DNA of 64,000 bases from Chitinophaga pinensis (GTDB lineage: Bacteria > Bacteroidota > Bacteroidia > NS11-12g > UBA955): assembly GCA_945871905.1 (NCBI GenBank), contig CAMBXL010000004.1:132095-196094 (forward strand), given 5' to 3'. Every line of letters begins with the position of its first letter. The stretch's first letter is position 1. Below, one piece after another: positions 9,659-19,697 of this stretch. The notes below the pieces were generated by a model. That model made no database searches. It saw only the letters and a list, made by a program, of their open reading frames with translations, and was not told the origin of the DNA. Position numbers and translations under genes: made by a program.

Positions 9659-11454
9659 ATACCAAGAGTAAAATAGAACGTTATATTTATCTTAACCAAT
9701 CTTTAATATTAAAGATATTAAGATTCTTGATGATTATGGCTTCTGTTTTAATCTCTTCCATGATGGTATACCGTTATGGATTTAACCACTCTGAGGAAAA
9801 TATAAATACCATCTTAGTAATAACAAGATTTTTCTATCTCATTTTTATTTTGTCATTTCTTATAAGGTATTCTCTAGCTTTAGACAAAAAACAACACCTC
9901 ACTAATAATTCACTTGAAGCCATTTTAATCCTATTGGTTATTTACGATGGAATAAGTTATTTTTTGTTTGGACACCCTGTATTGGAAAATTTATTAATCC
10001 GATTAAATGTATCCAATTACCGTGATTTTTATGATTTTTCAATTCAATTTGTATTACTAATATTTGTAGCTATTGAGTTTGTTAAGTCTATAAATTTAAT
10101 TTACACGTCCAAACTTAAGCCAACTACCCTATTCATTTTATCTTTTATTTTATTAATTTTAGTTGGTTCTTTCTTGTTAATGATGCCCGGGTTTAATAAC
10201 ACAGGAAAAGCATTGAATTATGTAGATGCCTTATTTACAAGTGCTAGTGCTAGTTGTGTAACAGGTTTATCGGTTGAAAATACTGCTAATTTTTTCAATC
10301 TGAAAGGACAGTTAATTATCTTGTTTTTAATTCAACTGGGTGGTATTGGTATATTAACTTTTGCTTCCTTTTTTGCTAGTTTTATCAAAAAAGGAATTGG
10401 AGTAAAACATCAAATTGCCATGAATGAATTATTGGATTCGGAAAATCTATCAGGTAGTTCTTTCTTATTGAAAAGAATCTTAATAATGACTCTCGTTATC
10501 GAGATAATGGGCAGTATAGGAATTTATGTCCTTTGGGGCGATTATCAATTTATAAGTGAAGGTGATAAAATTTACCATTCTGTTTTTCATAGTATTTCCG
10601 CATTCTGTAATGCCGGCTTCTCCACACTTGAGCTTGGATACGAAACCCCTATGGTAAATGAATTATACATGCTCCATATTTTTACTGGTGTGATTATCAT
10701 TTTTGGAGGTTTAGGTTTTCCTGTTTTAAGAGATATTTTTTCACCACTCAAACTCAAACAAAGACTAAAAGAACCATGGAAAGACTGGAGTTTAAGTACT
10801 AAAATAGCTGTATATACAAGTTTGGCCTTAATTATTTTTGGTACAGTTTCTTTTTATTTCCTTCATGTTCAACATTTAAAACATATTAATTCTCCTATAG
10901 GAAAATTTGCAGCATCATTCTTCCAATCAGTCAATACCAGAACTTCTGGTTTTAATTCAATCAATATGGCAGAACTTTCAAATCCTCTGTTGATGATTTC
11001 AATGTTTTTAATGTTTATTGGGGCTTCCTCTGCTTCCACAGGTGGTGGTATCAAAACTAGTACTTTTGTGGTAATGATGATTGCTGTATTGGGAACAATA
11101 AGAGGTAAACGTGAAATGACTTTAGGCAACAGAACCATTGGTGTTGAACTTATTTACAAAGCATTTGCAGTTGTGGTTTTCTCCGGTTTGTTTGTTCTCA
11201 CCACCATGACTATTATTTCATTTACTGAACCCACTATCCCTTTAAGTCTAATAGCATACGAATGCGTCTCTGCTTTCGCAACGGTGGGATTGTCAACAGG
11301 TATAACATCGAATTTAAGCGATGCAAGCAAGATAGTACTTGTAATTTCTATGTTTGTGGGTAGAGTTGGAGCATTGTCTTTAGCCTTTTCTCTTAGCTCT
11401 AAAGCCATACAAGCCGACTACAAGTATGCCAAAACACACTTAATGATTGGCTAA
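9655..11454 (+). CDS. TrkH/KtrB family potassium uptake permease.
   Basis: Contains repeated M1-P-M2 motifs (TGGGIKTSTFVVMM; GFSTLELGY) and many TM helices. The ORF begins with TTG and overlaps the upstream stop. Confidence 0.8.
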   Translation: MNTKSKIERYIYLNQSLILKILRFLMIMASVLISSMMVYRYGFNHSEENINTILVITRFFYLIFILSFLIRYSLALDKKQHLTNNSLEAILILLVIYDGISYFLFGHPVLENLLIRLNVSNYRDFYDFSIQFVLLIFVAIEFVKSINLIYTSKLKPTTLFILSFILLILVGSFLLMMPGFNNTGKALNYVDALFTSASASCVTGLSVENTANFFNLKGQLIILFLIQLGGIGILTFASFFASFIKKGIGVKHQIAMNELLDSENLSGSSFLLKRILIMTLVIEIMGSIGIYVLWGDYQFISEGDKIYHSVFHSISAFCNAGFSTLELGYETPMVNELYMLHIFTGVIIIFGGLGFPVLRDIFSPLKLKQRLKEPWKDWSLSTKIAVYTSLALIIFGTVSFYFLHVQHLKHINSPIGKFAASFFQSVNTRTSGFNSINMAELSNPLLMISMFLMFIGASSASTGGGIKTSTFVVMMIAVLGTIRGKREMTLGNRTIGVELIYKAFAVVVFSGLFVLTTMTIISFTEPTIPLSLIAYECVSAFATVGLSTGITSNLSDASKIVLVISMFVGRVGALSLAFSLSSKAIQADYKYAKTHLMIG

Positions 11455-14000
11455 AATTGAGTAGCTACAATCACAGGAATTTTTTCTTTTAGTACCTTTT
11501 TGCCCTCTAAAGAGAATGCAGTAATCAATATTATGTATTTCCCAATCGTCGTTTTCTGATTATTGAAATCTGTGCCATCCCATTTTACAAATCCCTCCCG
11601 ACCAATCAATTCATTGTTTATAATCGTATTTATAAAACGGCCTTCTTGATCATAAATTTGCATAGTAGCTACAAAATCTGAAAATGGCAATTGATAATTA
11701 ATTGAAACATAATCCTCGAAACCATCGCTGTCTGGAGAAATAGTCATTTGACTACTAGAAAAATATCGCCATGCCTCGTTTTCTTGTTTTTGAAATTGCG
11801 AATTAATCCTCCCCGGAGTTGCGTTGCCCGACAAATTGGAAGCGCTAAACCAATTACTTGATTTCTGTGTAGGCGTTTGATAATTTATTCGTTCCAAACT
11901 AATTCCCTCTTTATTAGAAATTAAATTCAAATGCCACGTTTCAGAGTAAAACAGACTGTCTATGATTAAATCTTGTTGATTTACCAACAAAAATCGTCCT
12001 TCCGAATCAGGCATTGTTGGAAGTTTACTCATTTGTTTTTTAATACTATTAATTGTTCCACAAGTATAAAACTGACATATATTATTAGTATCTTCACTCA
12101 ACAATAAAAAGGTTTGAGGTGGTAATAATCTGTTTTCTTTTTCTATAGGTAATACCTTTTCATATTGACCAAATTCATCTATTTCAATTAGAAACAAGTT
12201 GCTTATGTCAATTGCAAACTCACTTTTATTATACAATTCAATAAAATCCTTTCCCCCAGTTCTGGGATTGAATAATATTTCATTTACTATAACATCGCTC
12301 TTTTGAGCTACAGAGGGCCACTGCCAATTAATTATTTGATTTTGAATATTCCCAATACAATCTGCTAATCCTAAAATTTCCAATTGATAATTGATTTTCT
12401 TGTCTGGTGAGAAATCGATTTTTATTGTTAATTTATTGCTTAATTCATTGTAGCTAATTACTTTAAAACTAAAAATTTGTTGATTGAGTTTTATTATCAA
12501 ATTAACAATTGAATTGGTATCCACTAATTCTGACATTGTAAAAACAAGGATAGAATCATTGTTAAGTGGAAAAAGGTGAATAACAGATGGGGCAATAGTA
12601 TCAATAGGTAAATCAGTTTTTACAGAATTAATTACTCCGGGTGTCCCTCCTGAAAGTGATGTACTAGCTAACCAATTTTCAGCACGAAGGCAAATTTTAT
12701 TGGGGTCAATCATCTCCAAACTGTATCCTCCATTTTTTTTCAAATCGTTCTTATACCATTCATCTGTATAATTTACTTGATGAATCACTTGTCCCGAAGA
12801 ATCACTTAGCCATATCTTATCAGAGGTATTATTTAAACTTGGAATTTGATACAAAACAAGCATGGAGTCAGGTTCTAAAATAAAAAAGGGCAAGCGAATG
12901 GATTGTGTAGGGTCACTAATAAAACATTGATTCAATTGGATAAACTTATTTGAACGGTTATAAATTTCAATGTATTCGCGACTAGGCAAACCAATACTTG
13001 GATCGGGATCAACCATCATTTCATTAATGATTAAATCAAAAGATTGAGGATTCTGTGTTTTATAAATTTTAAACCTATAATTAATCGAATCCAACAAGTT
13101 ACCCTCTAAATCCGCAATGTTTTTTATAGTTAAGTTCAATAATCTATTAAACGGTAATAAACTATCAAAATCGACTAAAATTGACTTTCCTTTATTTAAA
13201 ATTGTGACATTACCAGCAAATCCATAATTTTCTACCTCATAGTTTGACTTATTTTTCAATGTAAGTGTATCGCAAACTTCTGACAAAAAAATGGAAACTT
13301 GTTGTTGGTTCAACCATTTAATTGAATCAACAACAGGAGAAATTGTATCCCAAATAATGGGACCTGCATACAAATTATCAAAAAAATGTTTGTTAAAGAA
13401 AGAAGATGTACTTTGCCTTATTCTTAAACCAATAGTATTTGGTAAATCGAGTGATGAATCATTAACGAAACCTTCAATTTTCATTAAATTGGTCTTGTAA
13501 TCAAGTCGGCTCAACTGAAAAGAATCTTTGTATTGCTTTAGTATTACTTTACAATTAGAGCTAGAGGCATTTAAAAAACCATTTTCTCCATCTATTAATT
13601 TGGTTTCAATTCCATTTACAGTTTTAATCAGTGAAATATCATCAGATACACCTCCTAAGCGAATGAGGTAATTTGTTTTTGATAAGAGTAAATTGAGTGA
13701 ATCGGATTTTATTACAAAATCAACATAATTAGCTGATGAGGTATTAAATAGTAAATTAACATCAATGTGCCATTCATTTATAACTTTTGACTTATTTTGT
13801 GAAGCAAGGTAAAAACCGGAATTTGCCACATTATGATTGCTTTTTAGTCTTTCATTTTCTATTTTGAAAGATTGTAACTGCCCTGTCCAATGAGCATTTC
13901 TTAAAAGATTAGTGTCTTTAAATTCTTCTAAATCTTGAGCATTTACAAGAACTACAAAGAAAAACAAATGAAAAAAAAACAAATTTTTAAATAGTGTCAT
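11451..14000 (-). CDS. Large secreted protein with lamin-tail domain(s) and a T9SS type-B C-terminal sorting domain.
   Basis: Signal peptide, then an LTD-like segment (VIVNEILFNPRTGGKDFIELYNKS). The C-terminal ~90 aa (SPDSDGFEDYVSINYQ...VKWDGTDFNNQKTTIGKYIILI) resembles the gliding-motility/T9SS type-B CTD. Confidence 0.6.
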   Translation of the reverse strand: MTLFKNLFFFHLFFFVVLVNAQDLEEFKDTNLLRNAHWTGQLQSFKIENERLKSNHNVANSGFYLASQNKSKVINEWHIDVNLLFNTSSANYVDFVIKSDSLNLLLSKTNYLIRLGGVSDDISLIKTVNGIETKLIDGENGFLNASSSNCKVILKQYKDSFQLSRLDYKTNLMKIEGFVNDSSLDLPNTIGLRIRQSTSSFFNKHFFDNLYAGPIIWDTISPVVDSIKWLNQQQVSIFLSEVCDTLTLKNKSNYEVENYGFAGNVTILNKGKSILVDFDSLLPFNRLLNLTIKNIADLEGNLLDSINYRFKIYKTQNPQSFDLIINEMMVDPDPSIGLPSREYIEIYNRSNKFIQLNQCFISDPTQSIRLPFFILEPDSMLVLYQIPSLNNTSDKIWLSDSSGQVIHQVNYTDEWYKNDLKKNGGYSLEMIDPNKICLRAENWLASTSLSGGTPGVINSVKTDLPIDTIAPSVIHLFPLNNDSILVFTMSELVDTNSIVNLIIKLNQQIFSFKVISYNELSNKLTIKIDFSPDKKINYQLEILGLADCIGNIQNQIINWQWPSVAQKSDVIVNEILFNPRTGGKDFIELYNKSEFAIDISNLFLIEIDEFGQYEKVLPIEKENRLLPPQTFLLLSEDTNNICQFYTCGTINSIKKQMSKLPTMPDSEGRFLLVNQQDLIIDSLFYSETWHLNLISNKEGISLERINYQTPTQKSSNWFSASNLSGNATPGRINSQFQKQENEAWRYFSSSQMTISPDSDGFEDYVSINYQLPFSDFVATMQIYDQEGRFINTIINNELIGREGFVKWDGTDFNNQKTTIGKYIILITAFSLEGKKVLKEKIPVIVATQF

Positions 14001-14061
14001 AATCGTGTAAACATTGTTGAATTTTGCAACAATATTTACATGAATTTACAAGCTAATTACC

Positions 14062-14097
14062 AATTAAAAAATATCACATGTTTGTGACTTTTTTTCA
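14062..14097. terminator. Bidirectional intrinsic terminator (hairpin TCACA-TGTT-TGTGA flanked by an A-run and a T-run).
   Basis: The hairpin at 14074-14087 has T-runs on both strands. It lies just downstream of the minus-strand serC-serA-DUF1015 operon. Confidence 0.45.
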
Positions 14098-14112
14098 TCA
14101 AATATATTTAAA

Positions 14113-15324
14113 TTATTTAACCTGCTGAACCACCAAACCTGTTCTCAATTTAGGTTCAATATAAGTTGATTTGGGAGGCATGATTAATTGATCATCTGCC
14201 ACATCAAAAACCTGCTGAATAGTACAAGGAAATACCGTAAATACTAAATCATACAAACCTTCGTTGACTCTATTTTCCAATTCACCTAAACCAATTTGCC
14301 CATTGATAAAGCTAAGTTGTTTGTCTGTTTTAGAGTCATTAATATTTAGTAAAGCCTGAAAAACATCGTTTTCAAGAATAGAAACATCTAACGTTTGAAC
14401 TGAATTTAATTCAGCAACATCCCCTTTATAACCAAGTCGAAACCATTGTTTATTGATGCATAAACCAAACTCTTTGTCCTTGTGTGGTTTGAATGGACTT
14501 AAAACTTCATCTACAAAAAAATGAACCTTTAATTTATCAATAAACCCATTTGAATCAAATGTATTATTGCATTTATACGCTCTATGAAAACTGTCAATTT
14601 TTAGAAATTCAGGAGGAACAATGTAGGCTAAATACTTCCCATTTTGCAAATGATTTTTCTTAAAAAAACCTGCAGAGGCAGCGCTTCTGTGGTGACCATC
14701 GGCAATGTAAAGATTCTCTAACATTGCATACTTCTCTTTTATTTGACTGATTTCATCTTCGTTTACGATTCTATAAACTGAATGTCTTCTTTGTATTTCG
14801 TCTTCAAACTCAAAAAACAAATGGGAAGAGTCCTCAAAATGGTGTAAAACATCATTAACAAAATCATTTTGAGGATGGGTCATTAAAACAGGTTCACCTA
14901 TTACACCGGAACAATTAATATGTTCAATTAGTTGTTCTTCTTTTTCGGTTATTGTATTTTCGTGAATCTTAATTCTATTTTGATAATAGTCATCTACACT
15001 CACCAATGAAATAACACCAAGAAATTCATCTCCATTTAACTTGTTAAATTGTCTGTATATGTAAAATGCGTCTTGACTGTCTTTTTCGATGATTTTAGAA
15101 AGTATCAATTTATCCAATTCAATTTTAGAAATAGGAAAATGTTTGCTAGGGTCTTTTTCCTCATTATAAATAAGATATGGTTTTACAACTCTTAAATAAG
15201 AATGTGGATTGTTAGCAACAATTTCTTTTTGTTTGTCAATATCATCTAAATGGGTATTGGCAGACACGCTTCTTTCATTTCCTTTACTAGGAAAAAGTGC
15301 TTTGAATGGATAAATCTGTAACAA
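14113..15324 (-). CDS. DUF1015 domain-containing protein.
   Basis: The N-terminus MLQIYPFKALFP matches the DUF1015 start (xIKPFKALRP). ~400 aa. It is the last gene of the serC-serA operon. Confidence 0.65.
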   Translation of the reverse strand: MLQIYPFKALFPSKGNERSVSANTHLDDIDKQKEIVANNPHSYLRVVKPYLIYNEEKDPSKHFPISKIELDKLILSKIIEKDSQDAFYIYRQFNKLNGDEFLGVISLVSVDDYYQNRIKIHENTITEKEEQLIEHINCSGVIGEPVLMTHPQNDFVNDVLHHFEDSSHLFFEFEDEIQRRHSVYRIVNEDEISQIKEKYAMLENLYIADGHHRSAASAGFFKKNHLQNGKYLAYIVPPEFLKIDSFHRAYKCNNTFDSNGFIDKLKVHFFVDEVLSPFKPHKDKEFGLCINKQWFRLGYKGDVAELNSVQTLDVSILENDVFQALLNINDSKTDKQLSFINGQIGLGELENRVNEGLYDLVFTVFPCTIQQVFDVADDQLIMPPKSTYIEPKLRTGLVVQQVK

Positions 15325-16284
15325 TTATAAATTAAAATGATGTAAAATTTGTTGAACTATTTCTTCGCCTATTCTTTTTTGAGCTTCTTCTGTACTAGCA
15401 CCAATATGCGGCGACAATGAAACATTTTTCATTTTCAAAATTGCACCGTCAACGGGAGGCTCTTTTTCAAAAACATCAGTACCTGCATAAGCCAAGTGTC
15501 CACTTTCCAATGCTGCAATTAACGCTTTTTCTGAAACCGTTCCACCTCTTGCACAATTGATAAGACCTGCGCCTTTTTTCATCATGGCTAACTCATTTTC
15601 AGCAATGACATAACCTTGACCACCAGGAATATGCAAACTAACAAAATCAGAATGTTTTAAAACATCTTCTTTTGAAATCGTTTTTACAGATTTTTTAATA
15701 CTAGGAATCTGCGTATCGGGATGGAATGTAATTGCCACGTCGTGTTCTGCAATCATTGGATCGTATGCTAAAACATTCATTCCTAAACCATAAGCAATTC
15801 GGGCAGTTTCTCTTCCAATTCTACCAAATCCAATTAATCCCAAAGTTTTGCCTTTTAATTCAGTACCCTTTGAAGCTGTTTTTTTGAGTTCATTAAATTG
15901 AGACATTCCGTTTTCAGGCATTTCTCTATTGGTAATTTGCAATAAACGACAAATTGAAAACAAGTGAGCAAACACTAATTCAGCTACACTTGTACTACTT
16001 GCAGCAGGCGTATTCACTACAGCAACATTGTTTTCCTTAGCACTTACTAAATCAACATTATCAAGTCCTACTCCTGCTCTACCTACCAATTTCAAATTGG
16101 GAATACCCGCTTCAATGATTGAAGCAGTTACTTTAGTCGCACTTCTAACCAAAAGAACATCAAACTCACTGATGCGTGATGCTAAATCCTCTTGTGAGAT
16201 TTTATTTATTTCAACAAAAAAGCCTTTGCTTTCTAATAAAATTTTGGCCGACTGATCGATACCGTCATTAGCTAATATTCTCAT
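15325..16284 (-). CDS. serA: D-3-phosphoglycerate dehydrogenase (short form, D-2-hydroxyacid dehydrogenase family).
   Basis: Rossmann motif GLIGFGRIGRE and a catalytic His in the C-terminal part. The gene is adjacent to serC. Confidence 0.75.
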   Translation of the reverse strand: MRILANDGIDQSAKILLESKGFFVEINKISQEDLASRISEFDVLLVRSATKVTASIIEAGIPNLKLVGRAGVGLDNVDLVSAKENNVAVVNTPAASSTSVAELVFAHLFSICRLLQITNREMPENGMSQFNELKKTASKGTELKGKTLGLIGFGRIGRETARIAYGLGMNVLAYDPMIAEHDVAITFHPDTQIPSIKKSVKTISKEDVLKHSDFVSLHIPGGQGYVIAENELAMMKKGAGLINCARGGTVSEKALIAALESGHLAYAGTDVFEKEPPVDGAILKMKNVSLSPHIGASTEEAQKRIGEEIVQQILHHFNL

Positions 16285-16288
16285 TGAA

Positions 16289-17347
16289 TTATGAATTAAA
16301 TGTTCTCATTACGTTAACCAAAGCTTCAACACTTTCCATTGGAAGAGCGTTATACATACTTGCTCTATAACCACCTACAGAACGGTGACCTACAATACCT
16401 GAAATACCGGCGGCTTTCCACGCTGCGTTAAATTTCTCTTCCAAAGAAGTATCATTTAACAAGAAACAAACATTCATTTTGGAACGATCCTCAAATGCAA
16501 CGGTACCAACAAACAAAGGATTTTGGTCTATTTCGTTGTAAAGTAAATTTGCTCTTTCTTCTGCTCTTCTTTGCATTTCAGCAACACCGCCTACTTTTTT
16601 AACCCATTTTAGGTTTTGCAACATTGCAAAAATCGGAAATACTGGTGGCGTATTGAACATAGTTTCTGATTTAATATGAACCGCATAATTCATCATACTA
16701 GGAATTTGACGGGTTACTTTTCCTAAAATATCTTTTTTCACAATCACAACTGTTACACCTGCAGGTCCCATATTTTTTTGAGCCCCAGCATATATTAATC
16801 CAAATTTAGATACATCGACCGGACGACTCAATATGTCTGAACTCATGTCACACACCATCGTAACTGGACTCTCTGGGAAAGATTGCATTTGAGAACCATA
16901 TATAGTATTGTTACTTGTGCAGTGAAAATAATCGGCATCAGTTGGAATAACGTAATTTTTAGGAATGTAGTTGTAGTTTGCATCCTCAGAACTTGCAACA
17001 ACATCAACTGTTCCAAACAATTTGGCTTCTTTAACTGCATTTGCTGCCCAAACTCCTGTTTTTAAATAAGCTCCTTTATTTTCTAATAAGTTATATGCAA
17101 CCATTAAGAATTGCATACTTGCACCACCACCCAAAAATAAAATTTCATATCCTTCAGGAATATCCATTAACTCTTTGATAGTTGCTTGTGTTTCCTCAAC
17201 TACTCGAACAAACTCTTTGCCTCTGTGAGAAACTTCGAGTAGAGACAAACCAGTGCCTGAAAAATTTTGAATTCCTTCTACACACGCTTGTATTGCCTCT
17301 TGTGGAAGAATAGATGGACCTGCCGAAAAATTATGTACTTTTGTCAT
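16289..17347 (-). CDS. serC: 3-phosphoserine/phosphohydroxythreonine aminotransferase.
   Basis: The N-terminus [15 protein letters not shown] matches the SerC signature (FxAGPA). 352 aa. Confidence 0.9.
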   Translation of the reverse strand: MTKVHNFSAGPSILPQEAIQACVEGIQNFSGTGLSLLEVSHRGKEFVRVVEETQATIKELMDIPEGYEILFLGGGASMQFLMVAYNLLENKGAYLKTGVWAANAVKEAKLFGTVDVVASSEDANYNYIPKNYVIPTDADYFHCTSNNTIYGSQMQSFPESPVTMVCDMSSDILSRPVDVSKFGLIYAGAQKNMGPAGVTVVIVKKDILGKVTRQIPSMMNYAVHIKSETMFNTPPVFPIFAMLQNLKWVKKVGGVAEMQRRAEERANLLYNEIDQNPLFVGTVAFEDRSKMNVCFLLNDTSLEEKFNAAWKAAGISGIVGHRSVGGYRASMYNALPMESVEALVNVMRTFNS

Positions 17348-17396
17348 TTAAAAAATATTTTTTTGCAAAAATAATCTAATATTGAAAAGTATAACA

Positions 17397-17903
17397 ATGA
17401 AAGTTAAGAACAATTTATTATTACTGTCATTTTTAATAGCATTTTCTGTATTAAATGCCCAAGAGTCTCAAAATCAATCAGATTCCACTCCCAAACCCCG
17501 TTTTAGAGACCGCTTAACGTTTAATATGGGTGGTGGATTGATGTTAGGTACATTTACTAACATCAATCTAATTCCTCAAATAGGGTATAGAATTAAACCC
17601 AATTTGATTGCAGGAGTTGGTGCCAACCTTCAATATGTAAGGGATAATTTCTCTTTTCCAAGTCGCGAGTTTTTGGTGTATGGTGGCAATTCTTTTGTTA
17701 GATATATTGTCAATGATCAACTTTTTTTACAAACTGAATATCAGAAATTATTTTCTACCATAGGTAATGGCGATTATGTAATGGCTGGCGGAGGTTTTAC
17801 CCCAAGCCGATATTTTAGTATTTCTGCTTTTTACCTGCTACTCCATCCCACTCCCAACATTTATGGACAACCTTTTGTAGTAAGGGGAAGTTTCTTTTTT
17901 TAA
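17397..17903 (+). CDS. Small outer-membrane beta-barrel protein (hypothetical).
   Basis: Signal peptide, Gly/aromatic-rich strands and a C-terminal aromatic tail (GSFFF) typical of OMP barrels. Confidence 0.5.
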   Translation: MKVKNNLLLLSFLIAFSVLNAQESQNQSDSTPKPRFRDRLTFNMGGGLMLGTFTNINLIPQIGYRIKPNLIAGVGANLQYVRDNFSFPSREFLVYGGNSFVRYIVNDQLFLQTEYQKLFSTIGNGDYVMAGGGFTPSRYFSISAFYLLLHPTPNIYGQPFVVRGSFFF

Positions 17904-17911
17904 ACAACACT

Positions 17912-18799
17912 ATGCTTAATCTGACACAAGACCCCAAAATATGCATTAAAAATCCTAAGGATTTTAAACTTAACAATTTAGAAACCAATTACAAAGCTGA
18001 ATTTTATTCTGAATCTGAATTGAAAGATTTTTTAAACTCTTACTCTGAAAAAATTGCGGGGTTACAAGAAAAATTATATGCACAGGATAAGTACTCTGTT
18101 TTATTGGTTTTACAAGCCATTGATGCCGCGGGTAAAGACAGTTGTATTAAACATGTATTTACTGGGGTTAACCCACAAGGCGTTCATGTTGTTAATTTCA
18201 AACAACCTAGTAAAGAAGAGCTTGATCACGATTTTATGTGGCGTATTTACAAGAATTTACCCGAAAGAGGGCTAATTGGGGTCTTTAATCGCTCACATTA
18301 CGAAGAAGTGATAGTCACCAAAGTTCATCCCGAGTATCTTTTAAATCAAAATATTCCAAACGTTAAATCAATTAATGATATTAAGGATGAATTTTGGCAA
18401 AACAGATACAATACTATCAATCAGTTTGAAAAACATTTACACGACAATGGAACTGTTATTATTAAAGTATTTTTAAATTTAAGCAAAGAGGAACAAAAGC
18501 AAAGATTTATTGAAAGAATTAAAACACCAAAGAAAAATTGGAAATTCAGCTATGCTGACTTAAAGGAGAGAAAAAGATGGGATGACTATCAAATTGCATT
18601 TGAACAGATGATTAATAACACATCCACAGAATATGCCCCTTGGCATATTGTTCCATCAGACAATCAATGGATAAGCAGAGCAATTGTGAGTAAAATACTG
18701 TTAGAAAAGTTAGAAAGTTTAAATTTGAATTACCCCAAACTAAACGATGAAGAAATGGCTTTGTTAAAACTAGGTTTGCAAGAAATTGAATCGGAATAG
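17912..18799 (+). CDS. Polyphosphate kinase 2 (PPK2) family protein, single-domain class.
   Basis: Walker-A-like LQAIDAAGKDS and PPK2 core motifs (NRSHYEEV, lid region). ~295 aa. Confidence 0.8.
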   Translation: MLNLTQDPKICIKNPKDFKLNNLETNYKAEFYSESELKDFLNSYSEKIAGLQEKLYAQDKYSVLLVLQAIDAAGKDSCIKHVFTGVNPQGVHVVNFKQPSKEELDHDFMWRIYKNLPERGLIGVFNRSHYEEVIVTKVHPEYLLNQNIPNVKSINDIKDEFWQNRYNTINQFEKHLHDNGTVIIKVFLNLSKEEQKQRFIERIKTPKKNWKFSYADLKERKRWDDYQIAFEQMINNTSTEYAPWHIVPSDNQWISRAIVSKILLEKLESLNLNYPKLNDEEMALLKLGLQEIESE

Positions 18800-18802
18800 T
18801 GC

Positions 18803-19678
18803 TTATTTCATTGTTTTAAAATTACGGTATTCCCCGATTCGCCAACCAGATATTTTTTCAATCCAGTAAAGAATTCTTTTCTTAAAACTCATTTTCTTTC
18901 TTTTTATGTCAAAATCAAATGTCCAATTTTTTTTAGAAATGCGGTCAAACATTATTTGTGGATGAATTCCCTCAAATTTTTTGAGTGAATCAATGGTAGA
19001 AAAATCAAATTCAATTTCATCCTTGTATTCTTTTTCCAAAAAATTATCAGAGTGCCACAACTTTCTAGCTTGTTTCAACTTTTCTAATTGCAATTTTGGG
19101 TGTTTTACCCAACCATAATGGTACACACTTGCTTGAGTTTGAGCTACAGATAATTTTTGATTATTAAGCTTTCTAAACCCTTGGGCATCTTTGTAGGAAA
19201 AAATTTCAGGTTTGTTTTTTATGATTCTAACCTCTCTTTTATACCATCCCCTGCTGTCGGCTAAGTAATCGTAAGTCCCATAAAAATGATTGTAGTTAAA
19301 AAGTAAACCATCTATTTTATCATCACTTTTATACACTTGCATCATTTGCTTGAGATGAGCATAGTCTTTTTCGTGTAAACATTCATCGGCTTGAATGTAA
19401 ATACACCAACTAGCTTTCGGATTAATGGCTTTAAGGGCTTTGTTAGTCTCATCTGCCAATACTCTTCCTCCTTCTCTTAAACTATCATCCCAAATGGTTT
19501 CAATAATTTTTATTTTATCAGAATCAATCGATTTGATGTATTCCAATGTTGAATCTTCACTTTTACCAACCGCTACAATTATTTCATCGCATAATGACAA
19601 TATAGACATAATGGCTTCTTTGATTGGATAATCCGCTTTAACAACATTTCGGGCAATAGTAAATCCTGATACAAACAT
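18803..19678 (-). CDS. Glycosyltransferase family 2-like protein.
   Basis: N-terminal GT-A-like fold sequence (FVSGFTIARN...EIIVAVGKSEDSTLEYI, QADE acidic motif). The assignment rests on overall resemblance only. Confidence 0.4.
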   Translation of the reverse strand: MFVSGFTIARNVVKADYPIKEAIMSILSLCDEIIVAVGKSEDSTLEYIKSIDSDKIKIIETIWDDSLREGGRVLADETNKALKAINPKASWCIYIQADECLHEKDYAHLKQMMQVYKSDDKIDGLLFNYNHFYGTYDYLADSRGWYKREVRIIKNKPEIFSYKDAQGFRKLNNQKLSVAQTQASVYHYGWVKHPKLQLEKLKQARKLWHSDNFLEKEYKDEIEFDFSTIDSLKKFEGIHPQIMFDRISKKNWTFDFDIKRKKMSFKKRILYWIEKISGWRIGEYRNFKTMK

Positions 19679-19697
19679 TACTGCAAATTAAGGGAGA

